Source: an uncultured Eubacteriales bacterium
Lineage (GTDB): Bacteria > Bacillota > Clostridia > UBA1381 > UMGS1253
NCBI GenBank assembly: GCA_900550065.1
Contig: URQR01000001.1
Location: 1 to 44,380 of the forward strand
Length of the DNA stretch: 44,380 bases
Direction of reading: 5' to 3'
How positions within the stretch are numbered: the first letter of the stretch is position 1; the number at the start of each line of letters is the position of its first letter. The position numbers and the translations under genes were made by a program. Positions 44,367-44,380 of this stretch are shown here, one piece after another. Below the pieces are notes generated by a model. The model worked only from the letters and a program-made list of their open reading frames with translations. It made no database searches and was not told the DNA's origin.

Positions 44367-44380
44367 TCCGCAAGTCAGGG
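44263..44380 (+). CDS. possible 5' end of a PLP-dependent Orn/Lys/Arg decarboxylase family gene (partial, runs off the window)
   Basis: An alternative frame reads ..GAAFAREQRISFHMPVHGGGMLFDPQVR. This resembles the conserved N-terminal FH(M/V/I)PGHK(G)G..(M)DP motif of this family. The only in-frame ATG (44263) lies inside the SLH-coding DNA. Confidence 0.35.
   Translation, partial: MRRISDWTRPRGAAFAREQRISFHMPVHGGGMLFDPQVR

Noticed and set aside
1-44380. CRISPR arrays, rRNA genes, intact IS elements, integrases and reverse transcriptases.
   Set aside because: I found no regularly spaced direct repeats, no rRNA signature sequences, and no transposase, integrase or RT motifs in any ORF translation.

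Overview
This 44.4-kb window looks like a chromosomal segment of a moderately GC-rich Firmicute. I infer Clostridia, possibly Oscillospiraceae-like, from gene content and from strong GGAGG ribosome-binding sites (RBS). All calls come from reading the ORF translations and raw sequence; no database search was run.

Gene content from left to right:
- ppk1, transcribed divergently from a pfkA-methyltransferase pair.
- A minus-strand block typical of the replication-origin region (rpmH-rnpA-yidD-yidC-jag-mnmE). It lacks dnaA on one side and mnmG/rsmG/parAB on the other.
- An ACT/UPF0210 gene pair.
- Two small tandem paralogs, then a complete nine-gene V-type ATPase operon. A small radical-SAM gene overlaps its last gene by 4 nt.
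- An accessory stretch: an XRE regulator with a lipoprotein, a WG-repeat protein, a URO-D-family protein and an orphan ORF.
- RNase P RNA (rnpB), then a GNAT acetyltransferase and a PAS protein.
- A low-GC, gene-poor segment next to a tRNA(CAU), then a MerR regulator.
- A fructose-family PTS locus: PRD regulator, its own Enzyme I, IIA, IIB, IIC and two tandem class II ketose-bisphosphate aldolases. It has no HPr and no sugar-phosphate kinase.
- A cobalamin-riboswitch-like leader with a terminator, upstream of a 2,175-aa secreted protein.

The most interesting candidate is that last protein. It has two SLH cell-wall anchoring domains, three transcobalamin-like (DUF4430-type) modules, cadherin-like beta-sandwich repeats and an unassigned central domain. 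I propose it is a cell-surface corrinoid-capture protein under B12 control. Its 3' end runs abruptly, in another frame, into what looks like the start of a PLP-dependent Orn/Lys/Arg decarboxylase gene. That suggests a deletion or an assembly join at about 44.3 kb.

I saw no CRISPR array, no intact mobile element and no rRNA.
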